From Candidatus Palauibacter sp. (GTDB lineage Bacteria > Gemmatimonadota > Gemmatimonadetes > Palauibacterales > Palauibacteraceae), in contig NZ_OZ250143.1 of assembly GCF_965237495.1 (NCBI RefSeq), positions 515,918-579,917 of the forward strand: DNA of 64,000 nt, read 5' to 3'. This document shows, one piece after another, positions 10,158 through 18,921 of this stretch (the stretch's first letter is position 1; every line of letters begins with the position of its first letter). The notes below the pieces were generated by a model that saw only the letters and a program-made list of their open reading frames with translations, had not been told where the DNA came from and ran no database searches. The translations under genes and the position numbers were made by a program.

Positions 10158-10212
10158 AGCCCTTGGCAAGCCACGGTGCGGATCCCTCGCTACCTGGCCT
10201 TCGTCGGGAAGC

Positions 10213-12078
10213 TCAGGCCTCGCGGGCGGCGGCGGCCGCGCGGCGCATCGCCTTCTTCCGCTCGTTCGGGTCCAGGAGGCGCTTGCGGAGGCGGATGGCG
10301 TCGGGTGTGACCTCGATCAGCTCGTCGTCGTTGATGAACTCGAGCGCCAGTTCCAGCGTCAGTACGCGCGGCGGTTCCAGGCGGACGTGCTCATCCGCGG
10401 CGGCGGCGCGCATGTTCGTGAGCTTCTTGCCCTTCGACACGTTGACCTCGAGGTCGCCCGGGCGGACGTGCTCCCCCACGAGCATCCCGCTGTAGACTTC
10501 GACGCCCGGCCCGATCAGCATCTCGGCCCGCTCCTGCAGATTGAAGAGGGCGAAGGCCACCGACGTCCCGGGGCGGTCGGCGACGAGCACCCCCTTCCGC
10601 CGGTGTTCGAGATGGCCGGCACGGGGTCCGTACTCGAGGAACCGGTGGTGCAGCTGGCCCTCGCCGCGCGTATCGGTGAGGAACTCGGAGCGGTATCCGA
10701 ACAGGCCCCGCGAAGGGAGTTTGAAGTCGAGCCGAACGGGCCCCTGGTCCGTCGGCCGCATCGACAGGAGTTCCGCACGCCGGCTCCCCATCTTCTCCAT
10801 CACCACGCCGACCATCTGAGCGGGGACTTCGATCACGGCCTCCTCGTACGGTTCGAGGATCTCGCCGCCGGGACCCTGGCGCAGGATGACGCGGGGGCGC
10901 GAGACGGAGAACTCGTATCCCTCGCGCCGTATCGTCTCCATGAGGATGGTGAGGTGCAGTTCCCCGCGGCCCGAAACGGCGAAGGTGTCGGGCGATTCCG
11001 TGGGCTCGACGCGGAGGGCGACATTCCGCTCCAGTTCGCGGAAGAGGCGCTCGCGGAGCTGTCGGGTGGTGACGTACTTCCCCGTCCGACCGGCGAACGG
11101 CGCGTCGTTGACCCGGAAGTCGACCGCCAGGGTGGGCCGCTCGACCGCGATCCCCCGCAGCCGCTCCCGGTGGTCCGGGTCGGCCACCGTCTGGCCGATT
11201 TCCACCCCCTCGAGTCCCGCCAGCGCCACGATCTCTCCGGCGCTCGCGCGCGGCTTCTCGATCCGTTTCAGCCCCTCGAAGCCGTAGATCCGAACTACGC
11301 GGGACGGGATCGCCTCGTCGGCCGCGACCGGCCCCGGCTCTCCGAGCGGAAGCAGAACGACGCGATCCCCCTCGGCGACCGCGCCCCGCTCGATGCGGCC
11401 GATGGCGATGCGGCCGACGTAGGCGGAGTGATCCAGCGTCGAAGCCAGCATCTGGAACGGTCCCGCGGCATCGCCCGTGGGAGGAGGGACCGCCGAGACG
11501 ATCGTCTCGAACAGCGGCTCCAGATCTCCGCCGCGCGCCTCGATGTCCCGCGCCGCCCACCCCTCACGTCCGCTCGCGTACAGGAAGGGCGCGTCGAGCT
11601 GGGCCTCGGTGGCCTCCAGCTCCATAAACAGCTCCAGCACGTCGTCGTGCACCTCCGCCGCGCGCTGCTCGGGCCGGTCGACCTTGTTGATCACGCCGAT
11701 GGGCGCGAGCCCGAGTGCGAGCGCCTTCCGCGTCACGAAACGCGTCTGCGGCATGGGGCCCTCGACCGCGTCCACCAGCAGGAGCACCCCGTCCACCATC
11801 CGCAGGATGCGCTCGACCTCGCCCCCGAAATCCGCGTGGCCCGGCGTGTCGACGATGTTGATGCGGGTCTCGCCCCAGCGCACCGCCGTGTTCTTGGACA
11901 GGATCGTGATCCCGCGCTCCCGCTCTAGCGGGTTGGAATCCATGACGCGGTCCTCCATCCGCTCGTGCGACTGGAAGGCGCCCGCCTGCCGCAGCATGTG
12001 ATCGACGAGCGTCGTCTTTCCGTGATCGACGTGGGCGATGATCGCGATGTTACGGATGTCCCGTCTCTGGGGCGTCAA
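10213..12078 (-). CDS. typA: Translational GTPase TypA/BipA
   Basis: IRNIAIIAHVDHGKTTLVD, DTPGHADFGGEVER, NKVD, GRGELHL, KKLTNMRA, EVTPDAIRLRK. Confidence 0.97.
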   Translation of the reverse strand: MTPQRRDIRNIAIIAHVDHGKTTLVDHMLRQAGAFQSHERMEDRVMDSNPLERERGITILSKNTAVRWGETRINIVDTPGHADFGGEVERILRMVDGVLLLVDAVEGPMPQTRFVTRKALALGLAPIGVINKVDRPEQRAAEVHDDVLELFMELEATEAQLDAPFLYASGREGWAARDIEARGGDLEPLFETIVSAVPPPTGDAAGPFQMLASTLDHSAYVGRIAIGRIERGAVAEGDRVVLLPLGEPGPVAADEAIPSRVVRIYGFEGLKRIEKPRASAGEIVALAGLEGVEIGQTVADPDHRERLRGIAVERPTLAVDFRVNDAPFAGRTGKYVTTRQLRERLFRELERNVALRVEPTESPDTFAVSGRGELHLTILMETIRREGYEFSVSRPRVILRQGPGGEILEPYEEAVIEVPAQMVGVVMEKMGSRRAELLSMRPTDQGPVRLDFKLPSRGLFGYRSEFLTDTRGEGQLHHRFLEYGPRAGHLEHRRKGVLVADRPGTSVAFALFNLQERAEMLIGPGVEVYSGMLVGEHVRPGDLEVNVSKGKKLTNMRAAAADEHVRLEPPRVLTLELALEFINDDELIEVTPDAIRLRKRLLDPNERKKAMRRAAAAAREA

Positions 12079-12313
12079 ACGGGCCTCGATCTCCTCGTGG
12101 TCCTGCTCGTGGTCCTGCTCGCGGTCGTCGTGGGGCAGGGGATCCTACGCCGCCGGCTCCGAACCACAAAGCCGGGCCGGGGGAAGGGCCGCGCCTGCTG
12201 TGCGTGGCTGCGTGGGGTTTGCTAGGTTACCCCGGCACCATGGTGCGGCTGGCGGGTATGAAACTTGGTCTTACGGTCCTCGCGTTCCACGCATGGAGAA
12301 TACGCTGGCTTTC

Positions 12314-12937
12314 ATGAAGCTGAAGACCCGCACGACGCTCCTCACCGCCGCCCTGCTCGCCGCCGGCTGCGCGGACACGACGCGGCCCGAAGCCGTGTAC
12401 ATGGGCACGCTCAACGTCGTCGTGGCGGACGATGGCGTCGGGGCTCCGGGCTCCTTCGAAGGACGGCTGAGCGCGGACTTCCGGGTCTCGATCTCCCGGG
12501 ACGGGAGCGACTGGGTCCACCTGGGCGTGCCGACGCAGGTCGATCTCGCACTCCAGGACGCCGGGGGAGCCCTCAACCTGCACCCGCCCATCGACGTTCC
12601 CGCGGGAACGTATCCGTACCTGAGAATCGTCGGCGGCTGGGGCCTGGCGCGCATCGAGGGCGGTGCGGAGGTCGGGGGTCGCAGCTTCCCCGATCCCGTG
12701 CACCTGCGGGTCGGGGAGGAACGGCTCGCGATCGAGACCCGCCTGCCGATGGCGATCTTCGTCGCGCCGGGAGGGCACATGACGCTCCGGATCGACCTCA
12801 ACAGCGAGGCGTGGGTCTCGCCGGAGAATCTCGAGGCGGGCCGCGTTCCGCAGACCGATGTCGAGACCGCCCTCACCGGCCGAGCGCACGACAGGTTGCC
12901 GGCGCTCGGCGCCCCGCCTCCGAACCGACAGGCGTAG
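12314..12937 (+). CDS. Lipoprotein, possibly DUF4382-like
   Basis: MKLKTRTTLLTAALLAAGC lipobox; VDLALQD...VPAGTYPYLRI...LRIDLN pattern. Confidence 0.6.
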   Translation: MKLKTRTTLLTAALLAAGCADTTRPEAVYMGTLNVVVADDGVGAPGSFEGRLSADFRVSISRDGSDWVHLGVPTQVDLALQDAGGALNLHPPIDVPAGTYPYLRIVGGWGLARIEGGAEVGGRSFPDPVHLRVGEERLAIETRLPMAIFVAPGGHMTLRIDLNSEAWVSPENLEAGRVPQTDVETALTGRAHDRLPALGAPPPNRQA

Positions 12938-12941
12938 CCGC

Positions 12942-13493
12942 TTGTCGCGACTGGTGGCGGTAGCCGGACTGGCGATCGCCTTCGTGTGGGTCTCGCTCTG
13001 GCTCCGCTTCCGGGAGGTGACGCCCGCACCGCCCCCGGAGCCGGCGGATCTCCGCGTTTGGGACTATGTCGGCTGTCACCGGCTCCAGTTCGACAGCTGG
13101 GTCGCGGACGAGGACGGCGAAGCGCCCGACGGCGAGCCCCCGGTGGTGCGATCCCTCATGCTGTTCGCCGACTCGGTGGACGAGTACGGGAGGGAGATGA
13201 ACGCCTACCGCGCCGTGCCGCTGGAAGCCGACCTGGACCGCTCGCGACTGGAGACGCGCTGGTTCACCCGGGCCGACACCCTGTGGCTCGTGTGGTCGAG
13301 CCCCGAAGTGCGGGGCGCGGTAGCGCTGCGGGCGGCCCGCGGGGGGATGGCCGGACGGGCGGTGGCGCGGCTGCGGGGGCCAGCGGTCGGCACGAACGCG
13401 GCGGGCGGCGGCTCGGTGCAGGCTCCGGTCTCGGCCTGGGAAGTGAACTGCCACTCGCTCCGCCCCGACCGGATCGGCCCCGTCGAGCGCTAA
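12942..13493 (+). CDS. Hypothetical membrane-anchored protein
   Basis: TTG 4 bp after previous stop; N-terminal hydrophobic helix, Pro linker, two Cys (VGCH...VNCH). Confidence 0.6.
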   Translation: MSRLVAVAGLAIAFVWVSLWLRFREVTPAPPPEPADLRVWDYVGCHRLQFDSWVADEDGEAPDGEPPVVRSLMLFADSVDEYGREMNAYRAVPLEADLDRSRLETRWFTRADTLWLVWSSPEVRGAVALRAARGGMAGRAVARLRGPAVGTNAAGGGSVQAPVSAWEVNCHSLRPDRIGPVER

Positions 13494-13535
13494 GAGCGAT
13501 GACGGGCGAGCATCCGCTGGCGAGGCATGACACTG

Positions 13536-14768
13536 TCAAGCTGCGCATTCTCGGTCGCTTTCCGGGTTGGCCACCCGCAGGGACGGCCGCCAGAAACGCA
13601 ACGTGGGGAATCCAAAGGCGTCCGTCTCGTACGAAAACAACAGGCCGCCGTCCACCGCCCCGAAGCCATCCGTGAAGTTCGCGGCCGCAAGGATGCGACC
13701 CGCGCCGGGATCCAACACCTCGATACGCTGCTCGTAGAGCGAGCAATTCTCGCGGCGCGTGTACTCTCCCGCCTCGGGGTGCAATCCCGGCGGGGTCTCC
13801 ACAAGGCAGTCCGCCCAGTTGGCCGCCGCCACCGAGATCATTACCCACAGCCGATCTCGGGAATCGCTCGTCATGTATCTGATCCCCGGCGAGCCGGGCT
13901 GGTCGGGGTGCAACTCCCTGCGCGGGGAGTTCGGCGGGAACCATTCGACCTCCCGGACCAGCGAGCGCAGGCGCGTCCCCGCCGCCGCGTCCCACAGATC
14001 GATCCGGTATTCCTCCGGCGACACCGACCAGACCTCGCCGCTGCGGGCGGCGGGCGTGATCGATCGAAAGGGTGACGGGGCGCCGGGCACCCCGACCGGC
14101 ACCTCGTCGAACGAGCGGACCACGTCACCCTCACCATTCATGAGGTGGAGGACGTACCCCACCCGGTCCGCGGCGTACATCGTGGCGTTGATCACATACG
14201 AGGAATCGTCGAGAACGACGGCGTCGTTCTCGAGTGTACCCGGCGAAAGGGGGTTCGTGTGCAACACCTCGAAGTCCGTCGCATCCAGCACGGTTCGGCG
14301 CCTGTTCAAGGCGTCAAAGACGTGCAGGCGGTCTCCGTGGGCGCGCACCCACCGAATCCACCGGTACTCGCCCGGCCCCTCGCCACCTCGTCCCACCCAG
14401 CGGCCGCCGGGGACATCCGCGGAGGCCACCAAGAAACGCTCGGGCCGTAGTTGCTCCGTGATCGCGAGGCGCCCGCCGGGCAGAGCCTCCACGTCGTAGG
14501 CGTTGGACACCCAGTTCTCGTCGTCCCACCCGCCGCCCCTGAACACCGGGCCGGGCTCCAGCTCGATCTCGCACGGCGGCTGCGGATCCTCCCGCAGCAC
14601 CGTGGGCTGCTGGGCCTGCACCGCCCGGGACGTAGCCACCAGAAGCGCGACGGCCAATAGCGTTCGGCAAGCGGCCTCAACGGCCGTCTGGGAGCGGCCG
14701 TGCAGGGCTACATGTCCCGGCGGCGAGGGGAGCGCGGACGACGCTCCGCGGGGGCCTTCACGGCGCAA
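13536..14768 (-). CDS. Secreted 6-bladed beta-propeller (TolB/NHL-like) protein; start uncertain
   Basis: Signal-like TLLAVALLVATSRAVQA; GRGGEGPGEYR, LHVFDALNRRRTVLD, DSRDRLWV, IEVLDP blade motifs. Confidence 0.75.
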   Translation of the reverse strand: MRREGPRGASSALPSPPGHVALHGRSQTAVEAACRTLLAVALLVATSRAVQAQQPTVLREDPQPPCEIELEPGPVFRGGGWDDENWVSNAYDVEALPGGRLAITEQLRPERFLVASADVPGGRWVGRGGEGPGEYRWIRWVRAHGDRLHVFDALNRRRTVLDATDFEVLHTNPLSPGTLENDAVVLDDSSYVINATMYAADRVGYVLHLMNGEGDVVRSFDEVPVGVPGAPSPFRSITPAARSGEVWSVSPEEYRIDLWDAAAGTRLRSLVREVEWFPPNSPRRELHPDQPGSPGIRYMTSDSRDRLWVMISVAAANWADCLVETPPGLHPEAGEYTRRENCSLYEQRIEVLDPGAGRILAAANFTDGFGAVDGGLLFSYETDAFGFPTLRFWRPSLRVANPESDRECAA

Positions 14769-15306
14769 GGTGTGAACCGGCACCGGCGGCGACCGCAGCG
14801 AGGAATTCCGGAGTGGCGAGGTGCCGGAGCGGAATGTGGACGGCAACGGTTCCCTGGGTGCATCCCCGAACTTGGATGGCCATGCGTTCGGTCGCAAAGT
14901 AAAACGGCGACTTCTCGGGCTGGCCGCGGATGATTCGGTACACCTCCAAGGCGTCGCCGGCCGACACCGCCGCCAAGACTGTCTTCAGCACACCTGCGTC
15001 GTACAGGATCCCGTCGATGCCGCCGCCCCGGCACCCGGGGGGGTGCTTCTCCGTGCAGCCCTTCGGGTATGGAACGCGCGGGTGTACTCCGTCTTTCCGC
15101 TTGTAGTACCCGTCGTTGTGGACAGGAGTCACTGCGGTATGGCACTCAGACAGATCATCGGGGTCTGGATTGCAATAGAAGGTGAGACAGTCCACACAGG
15201 AATCTTCGTCCTGCGCCGCCACCGGTTTGGGATCGACCGCCCCCGCCAACAGGACGGCTCCGACAAGCAGGAACGTGAAGTGATGAAGGGATTTGAGGTT
15301 AAACAC
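14758..15306 (-). CDS. Secreted Cys/His-rich hypothetical protein
   Basis: GGGAGG RBS, signal peptide ending VAA-Q, mature N-region with six Cys and several His, C-terminal ERMAIQVRGC...VAVHIPL. Confidence 0.7.
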   Translation of the reverse strand: MFNLKSLHHFTFLLVGAVLLAGAVDPKPVAAQDEDSCVDCLTFYCNPDPDDLSECHTAVTPVHNDGYYKRKDGVHPRVPYPKGCTEKHPPGCRGGGIDGILYDAGVLKTVLAAVSAGDALEVYRIIRGQPEKSPFYFATERMAIQVRGCTQGTVAVHIPLRHLATPEFLAAVAAGAGSHLAP

Positions 15307-15330
15307 GTTGGCCTCCCGGGTCTTGAGGGG

Positions 15331-15408
15331 GGGACTCGCTCCCGGGACTCGCTCCCGGGACTCGCTCCCGGGACTCGCTCCCGGGACTCGCTCCCGGGAC
15401 TCGCTCCC
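15331..15408. repeat. Tandem repeat, 6 perfect copies of 13-bp GGGACTCGCTCCC
   Basis: Units start at 15331, 15344, 15357, 15370, 15383, 15396. Confidence 0.97.
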
Positions 15409-15616
15409 ACAATTACGCGTGTTCTTTGGCGGTCCGCAAGAGGCGTCCCGCTCTCACTGCGTCGTACTGTCGCACGTCCTCTTACGGTCCATGTACGGTA
15501 TGAATCCGGCGAACAAGATCCGGGAGACGAACCGGCGGACTCGCTTCGGCCCGACCGGATCACTCCCACCGACCGGTAGGCAGCCCCGACCGGTGGGCTG
15601 CCGTCGGTCCCGGGGC

Positions 15617-16012
15617 CTAGAGGAACGAGGGGTCGAACCCGTCCGAGGTCTCTCGCCGCTCCTCCGGCCGGACGAGGGTGAGGATCGCCCCCTGGGGTGC
15701 CACGAGATACCGGGTGCCCTCGAACGTGATCTCGACCGCCGCTTTCCGGAAGAAGAGGGCGTAGTCGCCCGGCCGTGCCTGCATGGGAAGGTAGCGCGCC
15801 TCGGTTGCGCCGATCTTCCACGGTTCATCGCCCAGTTCCGCGGGCGGCCCCACCGGCGTGCCGGGTCCGACCGCCACCACCGTGCCCGCCTGCACGGCCT
15901 GCTTGTCGATCGCGGTGGGAGGAAGATAGAGACCGACGTTGGTGCGCTCCTCGCCCTCCAGCGGTTCGATGAGCACACGGTCGCCGACGACGATGAGTCT
16001 CTTCTCGCTCAA
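15617..16012 (-). CDS. Co-chaperonin GroES-family protein (extended, no adjacent groEL)
   Basis: VGDRVLIEP...RTNVGLYLP...GTVVAVGPG...PGDYALF...EGTRYLV; TTG start after AGGAAGG. Confidence 0.88.
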   Translation of the reverse strand: MSEKRLIVVGDRVLIEPLEGEERTNVGLYLPPTAIDKQAVQAGTVVAVGPGTPVGPPAELGDEPWKIGATEARYLPMQARPGDYALFFRKAAVEITFEGTRYLVAPQGAILTLVRPEERRETSDGFDPSFL

Positions 16013-16112
16013 GGCTTCCTTCCTGCAGGCGTTACTTCGGGGCTGGGGGTGACGGCGCATCGTCACGATCCCCGCCGGACGATAGGGTGCCCCGGCATCC
16101 CCGGACAGGCTC

Positions 16113-17237
16113 TCAGCCGGTCGAGGTCCCGTCGGTCGCGTCGGGTTCGAGGCGCGAACGCTCCCCCTCGATGAAGCTCTCGGCGCTTTCCGGGACGAAC
16201 AGGTTGTCGGCGATGCGGGCGATCTCCTCCGCCTCCCGCCACCGGGCCTCGAGTTCCTTGAGTTCTCCCTCGAGCGCCTCGCGCTCGGCCTGCTCGTGCG
16301 TAGCCATCTCGATCGCCAGCCGCACATCCACCTTGAGGCCCGCCAGCGTCCCGGGCAGGGGTTTCGAGAGTGCCTCGATTTTCTTTGCCGAGAGGCCTGG
16401 CCGCCGGCGCCCGGAGAAGTCGCGCTGCGCGAGATCGGCAGCTTGTGGGAGAAACGCCTCGGGGTGGCCGGCCTCCTCGATTCGGGCCACCGCCGCGCGG
16501 ACCGTCTTGCGCCCGCCACCGCTCCGGTTCGCGTGTGCCATGAGTTGCCCGGCCAGGCCGATGGCCTCGCTGCCGTGAACGATCATCGTATGTCGCCGGT
16601 CCTTCTGCTTACGTGTCCTCAGCGACTTGTCCCAGCCCGGGATGTGATCGACGCTGAGATCCCATCCCGAGGCGTCGGCGCTCGGGACCAGGCGTGACGT
16701 GTAGAGGTGTTTTCGCTGGATCCGGATCGGGTCTTCGACCTCGTTCCTGAGACGGAGGATCACGCGATCTTGATACCACTGCTGGATCAGGCTCGGGATG
16801 CTCGAGAAGGCCGCAATCAGCGAGAAGCCCGTCACCATGCTCCCGGCGACAAAGGCCCCGGTCGCGGTCGCGCCCGCGCCGGTGATGAGCATGGCCCGGC
16901 GGCGTCGGCGGCCGAACTGGTCGCCGTAGCGCCATGCCGCGAACTCCTGGCGGACAGGGTCTCCCACGCGTACGAGTTCGAGCCCCTCTTTCAGCTTGGC
17001 GAGCCCGATGTTGTCCGTGGCGACCCGCATGCGGGTCGTCTCGAAGGCGCGCTCGCAGGCCTCGATCGCCTCCCACCGTGTCTCCAGCGGCGAGAGGTTC
17101 CAGCGCTCGCAGCGCCGGCAGACGACCCAGAGCCGTCCCTTGGCTCCGTCGAAGGCGAGGCGGTGCCCGACCGGGAACTCCTCGATGGCCTCGTTCCGGT
17201 CGAGGTCACCGTGGCAGAAGATGCAGGTCGTGTACAC
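16113..17237 (-). CDS. Unknown protein with CxxC...CxxC Zn-finger, hydrophobic segment and coiled-coil C-terminus (paralogue 2)
   Basis: CIFC...CRRC, hydrophobic stretch after RRRRR, EALEGELKELEARWREAEEIARIAD; starts immediately after paralogue 1 stop. Confidence 0.85.
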   Translation of the reverse strand: MYTTCIFCHGDLDRNEAIEEFPVGHRLAFDGAKGRLWVVCRRCERWNLSPLETRWEAIEACERAFETTRMRVATDNIGLAKLKEGLELVRVGDPVRQEFAAWRYGDQFGRRRRRAMLITGAGATATGAFVAGSMVTGFSLIAAFSSIPSLIQQWYQDRVILRLRNEVEDPIRIQRKHLYTSRLVPSADASGWDLSVDHIPGWDKSLRTRKQKDRRHTMIVHGSEAIGLAGQLMAHANRSGGGRKTVRAAVARIEEAGHPEAFLPQAADLAQRDFSGRRRPGLSAKKIEALSKPLPGTLAGLKVDVRLAIEMATHEQAEREALEGELKELEARWREAEEIARIADNLFVPESAESFIEGERSRLEPDATDGTSTG

Positions 17238-18329
17238 TCAGACGTTCCGCGACGGGTTCATGGGGTCGACGTCGATGCGCTCGTGCTCGCCGGCGATGAA
17301 GCCGTCAACGCTCTCGGGGACGAGCAGGTTGTCGGCGATGCGTGCGATCTCCTCGGCTTCGCGCCACCGCGCTTCGAGTTCCTTGAGTTCTCCCTCGAGG
17401 GCCTCTCGCTCGGCCTCCTCGTGCGTCGCCATTTCGATCGCCAACCGCGTGCTCTCGCTCATGCCCGCAAGCGTACCGGGCAGAGGTTTCCGCATCCGTT
17501 CGATTTTTCTTGCGGGCGGGTGGTCCTTGGCGGATCGCTGGAAGGCATGCAACGCCATGTCCGCCGCTTCGGGAAGAAACCCCTCGGGGTGGCCAGCGTG
17601 TTCGATCCGGCTCACCGCCCTGCGGATCGCGCTCTCCCTGCCCCCGCGACGGTTGGCTTGTGCCATCAACTGACCCGCGAGCCCGATCGCCTCGCGTCCG
17701 TGGATGATCATCGTCTCCCGCTTGTCCCCCCCGCTCCAGCCCGGAAGGTGATCGACGCGCAGCCCCCATCCACCGCCCTCGCGATCGGGCACGAGACGAG
17801 AGGTGTAAAGGTGTTTCCGGAGGACCCGAACCGGCGCTCCACCCTGATTCCGAGTCCGGAGGACAACGCGCTTGAGGTACCAGGTCTTCGTCAGCCTGGT
17901 CGTCAACCAGAGTGAGCCCAGGGAGAGTACGCCTCCCACAACGAGAGCCCCCGCGGCCGTCGCGGCCGCGCCGGTGATGAGCATGGCCCGCTTGCGGCGC
18001 CGACCGAACTGGTCTCCGTAGCGCCACGCGGCGAACTCCTGCCGGACGGGGTCGCCGACGCGCACGAGTTCGAGGCCCTCCTTGAGCTTCGCGAGGCCGA
18101 TGTTGTCGGAGGCGACCCGCATGCGGGTGGTCTCGAAGGCGCGTTCGCAGGCCTCGATCGCTTCCCACCGCGTCTCCAGCGGCGAGAGGTTCCAGCGCTC
18201 GCAGCGCCGACACACGACCCAGAGGCGTCCCCGCGAGCCGTCGAATGCGAGGCGGCGACCGACCGGGAACTCCTCGATGGCCTCGTTCCGGTAGAGGTCG
18301 CCGTGGCAGAAGATGCACGTCGTATACAT
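17238..18329 (-). CDS. Unknown protein with CxxC...CxxC Zn-finger, hydrophobic segment and coiled-coil C-terminus (paralogue 1)
   Basis: Same architecture; first ~120 aa and C-terminal helix almost identical to 16113-17237. Confidence 0.85.
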   Translation of the reverse strand: MYTTCIFCHGDLYRNEAIEEFPVGRRLAFDGSRGRLWVVCRRCERWNLSPLETRWEAIEACERAFETTRMRVASDNIGLAKLKEGLELVRVGDPVRQEFAAWRYGDQFGRRRKRAMLITGAAATAAGALVVGGVLSLGSLWLTTRLTKTWYLKRVVLRTRNQGGAPVRVLRKHLYTSRLVPDREGGGWGLRVDHLPGWSGGDKRETMIIHGREAIGLAGQLMAQANRRGGRESAIRRAVSRIEHAGHPEGFLPEAADMALHAFQRSAKDHPPARKIERMRKPLPGTLAGMSESTRLAIEMATHEEAEREALEGELKELEARWREAEEIARIADNLLVPESVDGFIAGEHERIDVDPMNPSRNV

Positions 18330-18510
18330 TCGTCTCTCGATCCTCACCGCTGGACGCGTCGGCTGCGTAGCCGACGGCCCCCGCGTCGCCGTCCAATGTC
18401 GCTACGTGGCCCGGCCGGGGATACCCGCCACGGGCGTCACTTCATCGTCCGGCCCCGCAGTGATGGCCGCTCGGCTGTCTTCCCTCCGGCTGCGGGTTTC
18501 ATATGCAGAG

Positions 18511-18539
18511 TTGCGATATAAAGAACATCTTTATAGCCT
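18511..18539 (+). promoter_or_regulatory. Sigma70-type promoter with operator palindrome in the spacer
   Basis: TTGCGA-17 bp-TAGCCT; perfect IR TATAAAGA-ACA-TCTTTATA at 18517-18535; upstream of PadR gene. Confidence 0.72.
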
Positions 18540-18582
18540 GCAGGTGAAGTGGTGAGAAACCCGCGATTCGTAACCCCTTCAT

Positions 18583-18921
18583 GTGAGGCGCAGCGTGCAG
18601 GCGAACCTGTCGAAGCGAATCAACGAGCTACTGGTGCTCGCCGTTCTGGAGCGCGGGCCCGCCCACGGTTATCAGATCGCGCTCTCGGTGGAGGAGCGCA
18701 GTGGCGGCGCGTTCTCCTTCCAGCACGGTACGCTGTACCCGATCCTGCACCGGCTGGAAGCGAAGGGGCAGGTCCGGGGGTCTTGGGACGGGGAAGGGCG
18801 ACGGCGGAAGACGTATGAGATCACCGGCGCCGGACGGGGCGAACTCACGGACGGAGCGGAAGAGCTGGAGCGGCAGTTTCGAACGCTTCTCGAGGTCCTG
18901 GGGGGGACCCATGCGGCGTAA
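18583..18921 (+). CDS. PadR-family transcriptional regulator
   Basis: LLVLAVLERGPAHGYQI...GTLYPILHRLE...RRRKTYEITGAGR; start could be GTG 18595. Confidence 0.93.
   Translation: MRRSVQANLSKRINELLVLAVLERGPAHGYQIALSVEERSGGAFSFQHGTLYPILHRLEAKGQVRGSWDGEGRRRKTYEITGAGRGELTDGAEELERQFRTLLEVLGGTHAA

Noticed and set aside
12093-12130. 12-bp tandem CTCGTGGTCCTG upstream of typA, and similar two-copy repeats at ~56051 and ~58773
   Set aside because: Only two to three short copies; consistent with ordinary slippage
15331-15408. Possible CRISPR array
   Set aside because: Units are contiguous 13-mers with no spacers, and no cas genes are in the window
16113-18329. Diversity-generating retroelement template/variable repeat pair
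   Set aside because: No reverse transcriptase in the window; both copies are full genes and differences do not look adenine-specific
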